From Acidobacteriota bacterium (GTDB lineage: Bacteria > Acidobacteriota > Terriglobia > Terriglobales > Acidobacteriaceae), in contig JBKICP010000167.1 in the NCBI GenBank assembly GCA_046567085.1, positions 3,051 to 67,050 of the forward strand: 64,000 bases of DNA, read 5' to 3'. The position numbers and the translations under genes are program-made. The notes under the pieces were generated by a model. It made no database searches and had not been told where the DNA came from. It saw only the letters and a program-made list of their open reading frames with translations. Below are positions 28,652 through 37,778 of the stretch, in pieces (the stretch's first letter is position 1; the number at the start of each line of letters is the position of its first letter).

Positions 28652-28930
28652 TCAGTGATAGTCGTGGTAATCCACAAGGATTGCGTCCATCCCATCAAAT
28701 GCAAAGGTCAGCCTCCAGTTGCCGCTGACATCCACCGACCAGTGCCCTGCCAGATCGCCCTTGAGGGCGTGAAGGCGCCATCCCGGTGAATTCATATCGC
28801 CGGCCGTGACGGCTGCATTCAGCCTCGTTAATTGCAGCCTTAATCGCCTGGCATGGGATGGCTGAACTCCAGCCTTCGATCCCGTCAGGAAGAACGCTTC
28901 GAGACCCTTGTGTCTGAAGCTCCTGATCAT
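28652..28930 (-). CDS. higB: HigB-type toxin (RelE/ParE superfamily, plasmid maintenance killer)
   Basis: MIRSFRHKGLEAFF...HALKGDLAGHWSVDVSGNWRLTF is canonical HigB. Toxin-first gene order. Confidence 0.85.
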   Translation of the reverse strand: MIRSFRHKGLEAFFLTGSKAGVQPSHARRLRLQLTRLNAAVTAGDMNSPGWRLHALKGDLAGHWSVDVSGNWRLTFAFDGMDAILVDYHDYH

Positions 28931-28935
28931 CTGTA

Positions 28936-28948
28936 TAGCGTAACGCTA
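28936..28948. promoter_or_regulatory. Palindromic candidate HigA operator
   Basis: TAGCGT-A-ACGCTA perfect palindrome, 5 nt upstream of the higB ATG. Imperfect extension gta/cac on the flanks. Confidence 0.4.
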
Positions 28949-28996
28949 CACCTTACACAGGGCAAGCGGAATTGGCGGCGGGCCGGTAAACTCGCC

Positions 28997-30214
28997 TCAC
29001 CCCAGAATCCCCATCCCGTGCGCCGTCTTCTCCAGAATCTCCAGCGCCTGGTCCAGCTGCTCGCGGGTGTGCTCGCTGGTCATGATCGTCCGGATACGCG
29101 CCTTCCCCTCCGCCACCGTCGGATATGCGATGCCCGTCCCCAGCACGCCCGCCTCGAACAGCGCTCGCGAGAAATCCATCGTCTGTCGCCCGTCCCCGAT
29201 GATGATCGGCGTGATCGGCGTCTCACTCGCCGGCGTGTTGATACCGCCGATGTTGAAGCCCAGCCGGCCCAGTTCCGTCTTGAAGTAGCGCGTATTCTCC
29301 CACAGCCGCTCAATGCGTTCCGGCTCCTGTTCCAGCAGATCGAAGGCTGCCATGCACGTCGCTGTCACCGATGGTGGATGCGAGGTGGAGAACAGGAACG
29401 GCCTCGCGCGGTGGTAGAGGTAGTCGATCAGGTCCTTCGATCCGCACACATACCCGCCGATCGCCCCGATCGCCTTCGACAGCGTGCCCACCTGAATATC
29501 CACGCGCCCGTGGCAGCCGAAGTGATCGATGCTGCCGCGGCCGTTGCGGCCCAGCACCCCGGAGGCGTGCGCGTCATCGACCATCATGATCGCGCCATAC
29601 TTCTCGGCCAGATCGGCCAGCTTGTCCACCGGTCCGATGTCGCCATCCATCGAAAACACGCCGTCGGTGATCAGCAGCTTGTGTCCGGGCTCGTTCTGCA
29701 CCTCGCGTAGCAGCTCCTCGGCGTGCGCGACGTCCTTGTGCCGGAAGACCTTGATCTTCGCCCGCGAAAGACGCGCGCCGTCGATGATCGAGGCGTGGTT
29801 CAGTTCGTCGGAGAGGATGAAGTCTTCCTTTCCCAGAATCGCCGACACCGTTCCCGCATTCGCCGTGAACCCGCTCTGGAAGACAACGCACGCCTCGACG
29901 TTCTTGAACCGCGCGATCTTCTCCTCCAGCTCCATGTGGATCTTCATGGTTCCGGCGATCGTGCGTACCGCCCCCGAGCCGACGCCATAGTCCTTAATCG
30001 CCTGAATGGCCGCTTCGCGCAGCTTCGGGTGATTGCACAGCCCCAGGTAGTTGTTCGAGGCCAGGTTGATCACCCGCTTGCCGTCGTACGTGCACACCGG
30101 CGCCTGGATGTCGTCGAGGATGCGCAGGCGGAAGTGCGTGCCCTTCTGTTTGAGTTCCTCGATTTGGGCGGTCAGATACTGCAGCTGGGGGCGCTCGGAG
30201 AGCGAAGTGGCCAT
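28997..30214 (-). CDS. kbl: Glycine C-acetyltransferase (2-amino-3-ketobutyrate CoA ligase); 8-amino-7-oxononanoate synthase family
   Basis: Start MATSLSERPQLQYL. NNYLGL, DDAHASG, and PLP lysine in GTLSKA. Confidence 0.8.
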   Translation of the reverse strand: MATSLSERPQLQYLTAQIEELKQKGTHFRLRILDDIQAPVCTYDGKRVINLASNNYLGLCNHPKLREAAIQAIKDYGVGSGAVRTIAGTMKIHMELEEKIARFKNVEACVVFQSGFTANAGTVSAILGKEDFILSDELNHASIIDGARLSRAKIKVFRHKDVAHAEELLREVQNEPGHKLLITDGVFSMDGDIGPVDKLADLAEKYGAIMMVDDAHASGVLGRNGRGSIDHFGCHGRVDIQVGTLSKAIGAIGGYVCGSKDLIDYLYHRARPFLFSTSHPPSVTATCMAAFDLLEQEPERIERLWENTRYFKTELGRLGFNIGGINTPASETPITPIIIGDGRQTMDFSRALFEAGVLGTGIAYPTVAEGKARIRTIMTSEHTREQLDQALEILEKTAHGMGILG

Positions 30215-30430
30215 GAACAACCTCGGAATGCGCAAATGGGCAACCTACGATCCTAACTCCAGAAGGGGACCGGGAGGGCCGCCAGCCGGAAATGCTCACG
30301 TGCCGGAGGCCCACCCCGTCAGATACAATGAGTTTTCCACGCAGAAGCAGGCGACGGATCCGCCAGGATGCCCCTGGCGGGGGTCAGCGATGCTTCGGGC
30401 AGACGCCTGATGGGAGAGAGTTCCTTAAGA

Positions 30431-31393
30431 ATGATTTTGCAGTTCCGGAAACACATCATCCCTCAACTGACGGTTGCCGCCGGACTTTGTGCGGGCCTTC
30501 TTCTCTCCACCGGCGTTGCTCATGCCCAGGTGGCCACGCGCACGCAGCTTGCAGCGCAGAACAACAGCGGAACCCTTTCCTTCACCGCCAAAGTGGCGGA
30601 CGTCCAGGGCACGCCGGTCTCCGAAGGCTCGGTGAGCTTTGAGACGGCCAAAGGATCGCTCGGCTCCGTCTTCGTAAAAGAGGGCGCGGCGACGCTGAAC
30701 CTGACCAACGCACCCAAATGGGCGACCACGGTCACCGCGGTCTACCACGGCGATGCGGCCTTTGCGAACTCCACCGCAAGCACGCAGCTCTCGGCCGACG
30801 CCACCAGCGGCGTGCCGGGATTCACCGTCACCGCCAATCCGTCTTCCTTAACTCTCCCTGCCGGCCAGTACGGCACCGTCAGCCTCACCGTCACATCGCA
30901 GAACGGATTCTCCGAGCCCGTGAACCTGTCCTGCTCCGGACTCCCCGGCTCTTCGCAATGCGTGTTCAACCCGGTCGTGATCACCCCGCCGGCGAACGGT
31001 TCGGCCACCAGTGCTCTGCAAATCACGACCTCGGCGGCTTCAGGTATCTATTCGAGCCAGGTGCGCTCCGAGCGGTCGGGCACCCTGTACGCCATGCTCA
31101 TCCCGGGAGCGCTGGCCCTGCTGGGCATTGGAGCGATCCGCCGGAAAAACTACCGCGCGCTGCGGGCCCTGGGCCTCGTTGCGCTCCTGGCAGCGGGCAC
31201 CCTGGGGCTCACCGCCTGCAACATCCGCTATAACTACATCCACTACAAGCCCGGGCCGAACCCCGGGACTGGCGCGGGCAACTACACCATCGTGGTCGCC
31301 GCCTACGCCACCAACGGCACGGCCATCACCAACGCAACCTCGTCCGACGCTGCCTGCTCGGGCGCCGTGTGCGTAGCCCTGACGGTGCAGTAG
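30431..31393 (+). CDS. Secreted Ig-like domain repeat protein with internal TM/lipobox hairpin
   Basis: Signal peptide ending VAHAQ. Ig-like repeats (TVTAVYHGDAAFANS, SLTVTSQNGF). Later LIPGALALLGIGAIRRK, then LVALLAAGTLGLTAC. Confidence 0.7.
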   Translation: MILQFRKHIIPQLTVAAGLCAGLLLSTGVAHAQVATRTQLAAQNNSGTLSFTAKVADVQGTPVSEGSVSFETAKGSLGSVFVKEGAATLNLTNAPKWATTVTAVYHGDAAFANSTASTQLSADATSGVPGFTVTANPSSLTLPAGQYGTVSLTVTSQNGFSEPVNLSCSGLPGSSQCVFNPVVITPPANGSATSALQITTSAASGIYSSQVRSERSGTLYAMLIPGALALLGIGAIRRKNYRALRALGLVALLAAGTLGLTACNIRYNYIHYKPGPNPGTGAGNYTIVVAAYATNGTAITNATSSDAACSGAVCVALTVQ

Positions 31394-31425
31394 GGCTCAG
31401 GTTCGGAGCAGCCAATCTTCGGCAG

Positions 31426-32955
31426 TCAGCGCGCCAGGCGGCAGACCTTCACCACCCGGTTGCGCCACAGGCAGGGGAGCGCCGTCTCTGCATCCGGCGG
31501 CAGCAGCAGCCAGTTCGCCCCCAGCGGAACCAGCGTCGCCACGCGCTGCGCATCCGTCATGCGATCCACATCGAACTCCGTGTTGCGCTGGCGAGCCCAG
31601 CCATCGGCAAGGTGTGGAATCACGGCTACCACCCCCGCGTCCTTGTCGTCCGCGAGGTGGTCGCGCTCGGCGATGGCGCGGAAGCCCTGCTCGTCTTCGT
31701 CGGGGAGATAGACCAGCTCCGGATTGAAGGCAAAGACCGCATCCTGCGGCGTGCAGTCGCGAATCCAGAGGAATGCCTGCTGCCAGGGATTCGCCGGCAC
31801 CGTCCATGGGGACTCGACCCGCTCGCAGAGCGGCCATGCGAAGGATTCCGCCGCGAACATCCCGGCGAACAGCACGACCAGCAGCGAGCTGGCGGCGATG
31901 CGCGAACGCCCTGCCAGCGCGGCCACAACGCCCCCGCATAGCACGATGCCCACCGCATAGATCAGGTGAAAGCTGCGCAGCACCTGGAACGGGACCAGAA
32001 TCCAGGGTCCCCCGGTCGGGACGAACAGGGCTGCGATCAGGATGCTGGTGATGCCGACAAGCACGCTGGTGAGAGACAGGATGCGCACGGGCTCGGCGCC
32101 TCGGAGTGCCGCCAGGGCGAACAGGATCAGGGGCAGCACCAAACCCAGCATCTCGTACCACTGCCAGCGCGCCAGGAAGAGAAAGCTGCGCGGTGCGAGG
32201 GCGATCGCCTGGCGATAGCCCGGCGAGTTAGCCGCGTTGTGGTCCAGAAGGAACGCAACCCCGGCGGCGGCCACCAGTAATCCGCACGCAACGACCGCCA
32301 GCCCCGTCCTGCGCACCGTGATGAGCCCGCACAGCATCGCGAAAACGACCGCATACGCCCCCATCAGCGGATGCAGCGCGCCCGCCAGCAGCAGCAGCAC
32401 GGCCCCGCGCCCCCAGGCACGGTCCAGACAGGCGGCGACCGCCATCAGGCTCAGCGGCGTCGAAAACGATCGCGCCGTCACATAGGGATCCATGATGACC
32501 AGGGCCGTGCCGGCCACCGGAAGCGTCAAGCACCCCGCCGCCAGAAGCACGGCGCAGACCCGTGCCCCCTCGGTGGCGAAGACGCGCGCCGCCAACTGGC
32601 GGCAGGCCAGCAGAAACAGAAAGACCGACGCAAGATGCGCGATCAGCAGCAGCCACGCCAGCCGCAGATGCGCCAGCCGGACCACCGCGGCCAGCAGCCA
32701 CGCGAAGACCGACAGGCGCGTAAACGCCGCTGGGAAGGCCGCGTTCAGCGGATAGAGCGATGGATCGAGCAGGTGACGAATGCCCGCGACGTAGATGCCC
32801 GCATCCCCTGCGAAAGGGTGATATCCGTGGACCAGCAGAACCACGGGCGTAAGCACGATCGGAGCGAAAAGAGAGGCTGTCGGTGGCAGCCGGGCGTCCG
32901 ATGCGGACGCTCCGCGTTCTTTGGGCGACGAGTGGAGCACCGGCATCACAGACAC
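31426..32955 (-). CDS. Polytopic integral membrane protein of unknown function with soluble C-terminal domain
   Basis: About 12 hydrophobic segments. 10-nt overlap with the miaA end suggests co-transcription. No family confidently recognised. Confidence 0.7.
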   Translation of the reverse strand: MSVMPVLHSSPKERGASASDARLPPTASLFAPIVLTPVVLLVHGYHPFAGDAGIYVAGIRHLLDPSLYPLNAAFPAAFTRLSVFAWLLAAVVRLAHLRLAWLLLIAHLASVFLFLLACRQLAARVFATEGARVCAVLLAAGCLTLPVAGTALVIMDPYVTARSFSTPLSLMAVAACLDRAWGRGAVLLLLAGALHPLMGAYAVVFAMLCGLITVRRTGLAVVACGLLVAAAGVAFLLDHNAANSPGYRQAIALAPRSFLFLARWQWYEMLGLVLPLILFALAALRGAEPVRILSLTSVLVGITSILIAALFVPTGGPWILVPFQVLRSFHLIYAVGIVLCGGVVAALAGRSRIAASSLLVVLFAGMFAAESFAWPLCERVESPWTVPANPWQQAFLWIRDCTPQDAVFAFNPELVYLPDEDEQGFRAIAERDHLADDKDAGVVAVIPHLADGWARQRNTEFDVDRMTDAQRVATLVPLGANWLLLPPDAETALPCLWRNRVVKVCRLAR

Positions 32956-33869
32956 TTTTCTACAAGCTCGGCGGCCTGTGCGGCGACGGCCGGATCGTCC
33001 CCGAAACCGGCGAGCCAGAGAACCTCAGGCTCCCGCCGGAACCAGGTGAGCTGCCGTTTGGCATAGTTGCGGTGTCCCTGGCTTGTGGCGGCAACGGCTT
33101 CCCCTTCGCTCATTTCTCCGCGCAGCACAGCGCGCGCCTGACGATAGCCCAGCGAGTCAAAGGCGCGCGGCGACTCGCCATACTTCGCGATCAGGCCTCG
33201 TGTCTCCTCGACCAGCCCCTCGGCAAACATTCCCGCCGCCCGCGCATTGAGGCGGTCGTAGAGCGCTTCCCGCCGCGGCGCGAGGCCAATCCGCTGCACG
33301 CGATACCCCGTGAGCGGATCGCGCCCCGCCTGCCACGCCTCGGTCATCGGCTGGCGCGCCGCAAGGCACACCTCGATGGCCCGGATCAGCTTCGGTTCGT
33401 CATGGGCGTGGATGCGCGCCGCCGCCGCCGCATCAAGCCGATGCAGCACCCCATGGAGCCAGCCAGGACCATGCCGTCCCGCGCTCCTGCGCAGGCGTGC
33501 GCGCATCTCCTCGGAGCGCTGGGGTCCGGCGAAGAGCCCTTCCAGCAGCGCGCGCAGGTAGAGCCCGGTGCCGCCTGTCACGATGGGCACACGTCCGCGC
33601 GCCACGATCCCCGCCAGCGCCTCGCGCGCCAGCCGGGCATAGTCCCCGGCAGTCATGAACCGGTCCGGAGGCAGGACGTCGATCAGATGATGGGGAACCT
33701 CGCGCCGCTCGGCCGGCGATGGCTTCGCCGTGCCCAGCTCCATCTCCTGGTAAACGGCCACCGAGTCGCAGCTGACAATTTCACCCCGAAAACGCCGGGC
33801 GAGCGTGAGGGAAAGCGCCGTTTTGCCGCTGCCGGTGGGACCCAGCAGCACCACCAGAAGGGGCTCCAT
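32946..33869 (-). CDS. miaA: tRNA dimethylallyltransferase
   Basis: P-loop GPTGSGKT. CDSVAVYQEMELGTAKP. HHLIDV. Confidence 0.95.
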   Translation of the reverse strand: MEPLLVVLLGPTGSGKTALSLTLARRFRGEIVSCDSVAVYQEMELGTAKPSPAERREVPHHLIDVLPPDRFMTAGDYARLAREALAGIVARGRVPIVTGGTGLYLRALLEGLFAGPQRSEEMRARLRRSAGRHGPGWLHGVLHRLDAAAAARIHAHDEPKLIRAIEVCLAARQPMTEAWQAGRDPLTGYRVQRIGLAPRREALYDRLNARAAGMFAEGLVEETRGLIAKYGESPRAFDSLGYRQARAVLRGEMSEGEAVAATSQGHRNYAKRQLTWFRREPEVLWLAGFGDDPAVAAQAAELVEKCL

Positions 33870-33966
33870 ACAGACGGAGTCAGGTTAGCAAAGCCGGGCG
33901 TCTCGCACCGCCACCCCCACGTTTCACGGTTTCAAGCGCGCACGCAGACGACAGAATTGGCTGGGT

Positions 33967-34248
33967 TTACCGGCCAGCCATGCCGCGAGCGTTATGCAGA
34001 GGCAGGGTCGGGCCGTCCACGAACACCAGCCGTCGGTGTGCCGGAGGAGTTCTGCGAACCGTAGCCGCCGAACGTCGCCGAACCGCAAACGTGGCAGGCC
34101 GTACGTTCAGGGAACGAACCGGGGGAGCGGGGCGCATCCGCGGCACCACAGGGCCGGGATCGTATTCTTTGCGGCCGCCGATGGCGGCAACCATGGCGGG
34201 CGAGGCGACCATCGCGATGAACGCCACGGCGAAAATCAGGTCATGCAT
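33967..34248 (-). CDS. Possible small membrane-anchored protein
   Basis: MHDLIFAVAFIAMVASPAMVAAIGG forms an N-terminal helix. High third-position GC. Weak GAGG upstream. No homology recognised. Confidence 0.3.
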   Translation of the reverse strand: MHDLIFAVAFIAMVASPAMVAAIGGRKEYDPGPVVPRMRPAPPVRSLNVRPATFAVRRRSAATVRRTPPAHRRLVFVDGPTLPLHNARGMAGR

Positions 34249-34411
34249 GACCGCAGTACCTCGGAAAAGAGCAGCTAGCCCCGATGCGCCAACAGTATGA
34301 ACGCCCGGGCGATGGTCCATCTATAGCACTTCCATGGAGGGACCAACAACGAGAAAGTACCCGCTTTCGACGTTACCGGTAACCGAGGTACCGAAACCGT
34401 CGTGCGTTTCC

Positions 34412-34431
34412 AAAACGGGGCGCACCCGCCC
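34412..34431 (-). terminator. Possible intrinsic terminator after the VWFA gene
   Basis: The minus-strand RNA gggcg-ggug-cgccc is followed by cGUUUUgg. The stem is short (5 bp). Confidence 0.35.
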
Positions 34432-34454
34432 GCTTTCCGCTCTCCGCCTGCCGC

Positions 34455-35660
34455 TTACTCCACCTGCTGCTTTGCTTTATAGCCGTCACGCGCGATGATG
34501 TCGTACTTTACCGGCTTGTGCTTCTGGTCCTGCATCCGCAGCGGATGCCCTTCCTCATCCACCAGCTCGATCCGGATGCGCCGATACGTGCCGTCCATCT
34601 TGATGTTGGATGGCCTGTAGGTAATCTGATACTGGTTACGGATGGAGGCGTTGATCGCGGCAAAGTCGTCCGGCAATTCCGCCGTGAAGCGAGGCTCGAA
34701 ATACATGCCCCCGGTCATCCGGGCAAAACTCTGTAACTGGTTCTGTGCCTGCAACATACCGATGGTGTTCATCTGGTAGCTGTCGAAGCCGCCGCCTCCC
34801 ATGATCCCCGCCCCACCGGTCGCGATCGAGAAGATGGTCACGTTTGACGTCTCCTTGATCTTCTGCAGGCACTTGTCCAGCGTGATCTTGGAGAACGTAT
34901 CCCGTCCCGAGGAGACCAGGATGACGTACTTGCGTCCCTCAATGCGCGAGAGTCGGTCCAGCGTCTCGTAAATGGCGTCGAAGAGATTGGTCTCGTTCCA
35001 TGTGGGAATCGTCAGCGACTGCACCGCCTGCTGAATCAGCATCTTGTTGTGGGTGAAGTCGGTCAGGATCGTGGTGTGCATGTCGTAGGTCACGACGGCA
35101 ATGTAGTCGTCCGGCTGCAGCTGTTCGGTAAAAGCAATCGCCGAGTTCCACATGTCGAAGATGAAGTTCCAGTCGTTCGCCGCGAATTCCACCAGCAGGA
35201 CCGCCGTAATCGGCGCCTTTACCTGGTGGAACCCGATGATGTCCTGGGGAACCCCGTCCTCGAAAACTCGGAAGTTATCCTCTTTCAGGTTCGGGATGAA
35301 CTCGTGGGTCTTGTCCGTCATCACATTCACGTCCACATTCACGACGGGCACGTCGACCCGCAGCGACAGTCCGCCCAGTCCGGGAGGGTTCTTCACCGTG
35401 GGCTGGGGCGGCGGCGGAGGCGTTGCCGCGTTCGGGGACTTTTTCGGGATCGCTATCGGGCCGTTATCGTTCCCGGGCCCTCCCGCTTCGGGCGCGGTCT
35501 GGTCCGAGGGCTGCTGTTGTTGCTGCTGCGACTGAGGCTGCTGCTGGGGATTGGCAGGCGTCGTTTGCTGCCCCCATAACCACCGGGCCGGCAAAAGCGT
35601 CTGTATGAGCAGCAGAGCAAGGGCGGCGACCGCCGGAGAATACAGGTGGGATTTCCTCAT
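34455..35660 (-). CDS. VWFA-related Acidobacterial-type (von Willebrand factor A) secreted protein
   Basis: Signal peptide. Gln/Pro-rich linker. VWA core (AVLLVEF...DYIAVVTYD...LFDAIYETL...KYVILVSSGRDTFS). Confidence 0.85.
   Translation of the reverse strand: MRKSHLYSPAVAALALLLIQTLLPARWLWGQQTTPANPQQQPQSQQQQQQPSDQTAPEAGGPGNDNGPIAIPKKSPNAATPPPPPQPTVKNPPGLGGLSLRVDVPVVNVDVNVMTDKTHEFIPNLKEDNFRVFEDGVPQDIIGFHQVKAPITAVLLVEFAANDWNFIFDMWNSAIAFTEQLQPDDYIAVVTYDMHTTILTDFTHNKMLIQQAVQSLTIPTWNETNLFDAIYETLDRLSRIEGRKYVILVSSGRDTFSKITLDKCLQKIKETSNVTIFSIATGGAGIMGGGGFDSYQMNTIGMLQAQNQLQSFARMTGGMYFEPRFTAELPDDFAAINASIRNQYQITYRPSNIKMDGTYRRIRIELVDEEGHPLRMQDQKHKPVKYDIIARDGYKAKQQVE
35511..35555. repeat. CTG/CAG-rich tract encoding the poly-Gln linker of the VWFA protein
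   Basis: ctgctgttgttgctgctgcgactgaggctgctgctgggg encodes PQQQPQSQQQQQQP on the minus strand. Confidence 0.6.
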
Positions 35661-35728
35661 GGAACTACCTCTGCAACAATCTTCGTGCTGCCGATGCCTT
35701 TGCGGCAAGCGTGGGAGCAGCATAGTCT

Positions 35729-37594
35729 ATGGACGTGGTTAAGCATCTGAAAGATATCCGCAAGGGAGCCGGCGCGCTCGCTGTCTGGGCCTCCCTCGCG
35801 ACCCTTCTCCCGGCCGGAGCTGCGCTCGCGCAGGCCTCCAGCCCGGCTGTCCTGCCCCCCCATCCGCCGGAAGTGACAAAGTTCTTTCCGCTGAGCGAAA
35901 TTCATAAGGGCCTGCAGGGCGTCGCCTATACGGTCTTCGAGGGTACCAAACCCGAGCCCATGGGCGTCGAGATCCTCGGCGTGCTCCACAACGCGCTCGG
36001 CCCGCGCCAGGATATGATCCTCGGCCGCCTCGAGGGTACCAAGCCGCAATACACCGGCGTCGTCGCCGGCATGAGCGGCAGCCCTGTCTACATCGACGGC
36101 CGCCTCGTCGGCGCGCTTTCCTACCGCATCGGCCAGTTCAGCAAGGAGCCCATCTGCGGCATCACGCCCATCGAGCTGATGCTCGGCGTCGAGAAGCAGC
36201 AGGGAGCGGGGCCGCTCACGGAACTGGCCAGCGCCGCCGCCATCGGTGCGCCCGGCGATCCCGCCGCCCGGATTGCCAGCCCTGCCTTGTCCGGTTCGCT
36301 CATCCAGCCCATGGATACGCCGCTGGTCTTCAGCGGATTCAGTCCCGCCGCCCTGAAGTTCTGGAAGGAGCATGCCCCGGCCGGCCTGGTCCCCGTGGAA
36401 GGCGTCGGTGGTTCGGCGAGCAATGAGAAGCAGCCCGATCCTCTCGTTCCCGGCTCGGCGGTGAGCGCTGTCCTCGTGCGCGGCGACCTGGACATCGCGG
36501 CCACCTGCACGGTGACCTACGTCGACCCCCGGCGCATGCTCGCCTGCGGGCACCCCATCACGCAGTTCGGCCCCGTGTCGATGCCCATGACCAAGGCTGA
36601 CGTCGTGGCCACGCTCCCCTCGCCGCTGGAAGCCTTCAAGATCATCAACACCACCGAGACCATTGGTTCCATCACTGAAGACCGCGCCTCGGCCATCATG
36701 GGTGAATTCGGCAAAACGGCACGCATGATTCCCGTTACTCTGCGCGTGACACGGGGCGCCGCTGCCGCGCACCAGGTCGCCGATCCCGACACGCTGCATT
36801 TCGAGGTGATCGACCAGCCGCAGATCACCCCCATGGCCGTCATGGTCGCCGTCTATCAGGCGCTGATGCAGGAGAACGCCTACTCCGCCCAGACCACCTA
36901 TCACGTCCAGGGTTCGGTCAAGCTGAGTGGCTACCCTTCGATGAAGGTGAACAGCCTGGTCGCGCCCACCGACGCGCTGCCCGCCAATCTCCAGGCCGCC
37001 CTCACGCTGGGGGAGCGCTTCGCACGCCTCTATGACAACGCAGCGCGCCGCACCCCGATCGAGAGCGTCGATCTCGAAGTGGCCGCGATCCCGCGGCGTC
37101 TCACGGCGGAGATCGAGAGCGCGCGCACCAGCCGCATCGAAGTCCACCCCGGCGACACCGTCACCGTGGAGGCCACGATCCGTCCCTGGCATGGCGAACC
37201 CCACAACGTGCGCGTTCCCGTGAAGCTGCCGGCCAACCTGCCCGAAGGCCCCGTACGCCTTCTGGTGAGCGATGCCGGCACGCTGGACCGCCTGCTGCAG
37301 CCGCCGCAGTTCAACGCGCAGCCCCTGGATGTTGCGGCCACCATCGCGCAGCTCAACAGCGTGCACACCAGCGATCAGCTCTACATCACGCTGCTGGCGC
37401 CCGCCGCTCAGGCGGCCGTCGATGGCCGCACGCTCACGGCGATTCCCATGACCATGGCCAATGCCCTGGCCCCTCTGCGCGAGAACAAGGGCATGGCGCT
37501 GAATGGCGAATCGGCCGTCCCCATGGCTTCACTGCCCATGGACGCGGTCGTCAGCGGCCAGCAGGTCGTCACGCTCCAGGTCGAGGACCAATAA
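35729..37594 (+). CDS. Secreted protein with SpoIVB-like (S55) serine peptidase domain
   Basis: Signal peptide. TGVVAGMSGSPVYIDGRLVGAL matches the SpoIVB catalytic Ser motif GMSGSP. Candidate His/Asp lie upstream (GVLHNA, QDMILG). Confidence 0.7.
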   Translation: MDVVKHLKDIRKGAGALAVWASLATLLPAGAALAQASSPAVLPPHPPEVTKFFPLSEIHKGLQGVAYTVFEGTKPEPMGVEILGVLHNALGPRQDMILGRLEGTKPQYTGVVAGMSGSPVYIDGRLVGALSYRIGQFSKEPICGITPIELMLGVEKQQGAGPLTELASAAAIGAPGDPAARIASPALSGSLIQPMDTPLVFSGFSPAALKFWKEHAPAGLVPVEGVGGSASNEKQPDPLVPGSAVSAVLVRGDLDIAATCTVTYVDPRRMLACGHPITQFGPVSMPMTKADVVATLPSPLEAFKIINTTETIGSITEDRASAIMGEFGKTARMIPVTLRVTRGAAAAHQVADPDTLHFEVIDQPQITPMAVMVAVYQALMQENAYSAQTTYHVQGSVKLSGYPSMKVNSLVAPTDALPANLQAALTLGERFARLYDNAARRTPIESVDLEVAAIPRRLTAEIESARTSRIEVHPGDTVTVEATIRPWHGEPHNVRVPVKLPANLPEGPVRLLVSDAGTLDRLLQPPQFNAQPLDVAATIAQLNSVHTSDQLYITLLAPAAQAAVDGRTLTAIPMTMANALAPLRENKGMALNGESAVPMASLPMDAVVSGQQVVTLQVEDQ

Positions 37595-37778
37595 ACCTGA
37601 ACCGGCGGCGCCGTCCGAAGACGGACAGCCTCCTGCGAAAGCGGACATCCGCTCCCTCTCCTCTGCCGGCTTCCAGCTGTACCCAACGCAGCCATGACGA
37701 GGGTTCGCCGGTTCGTCACTCGACCCTTGCCCCGGTCCCACGCGTGCAGTCTAATAGGCGCCAACGAGGGAGGCTCCT

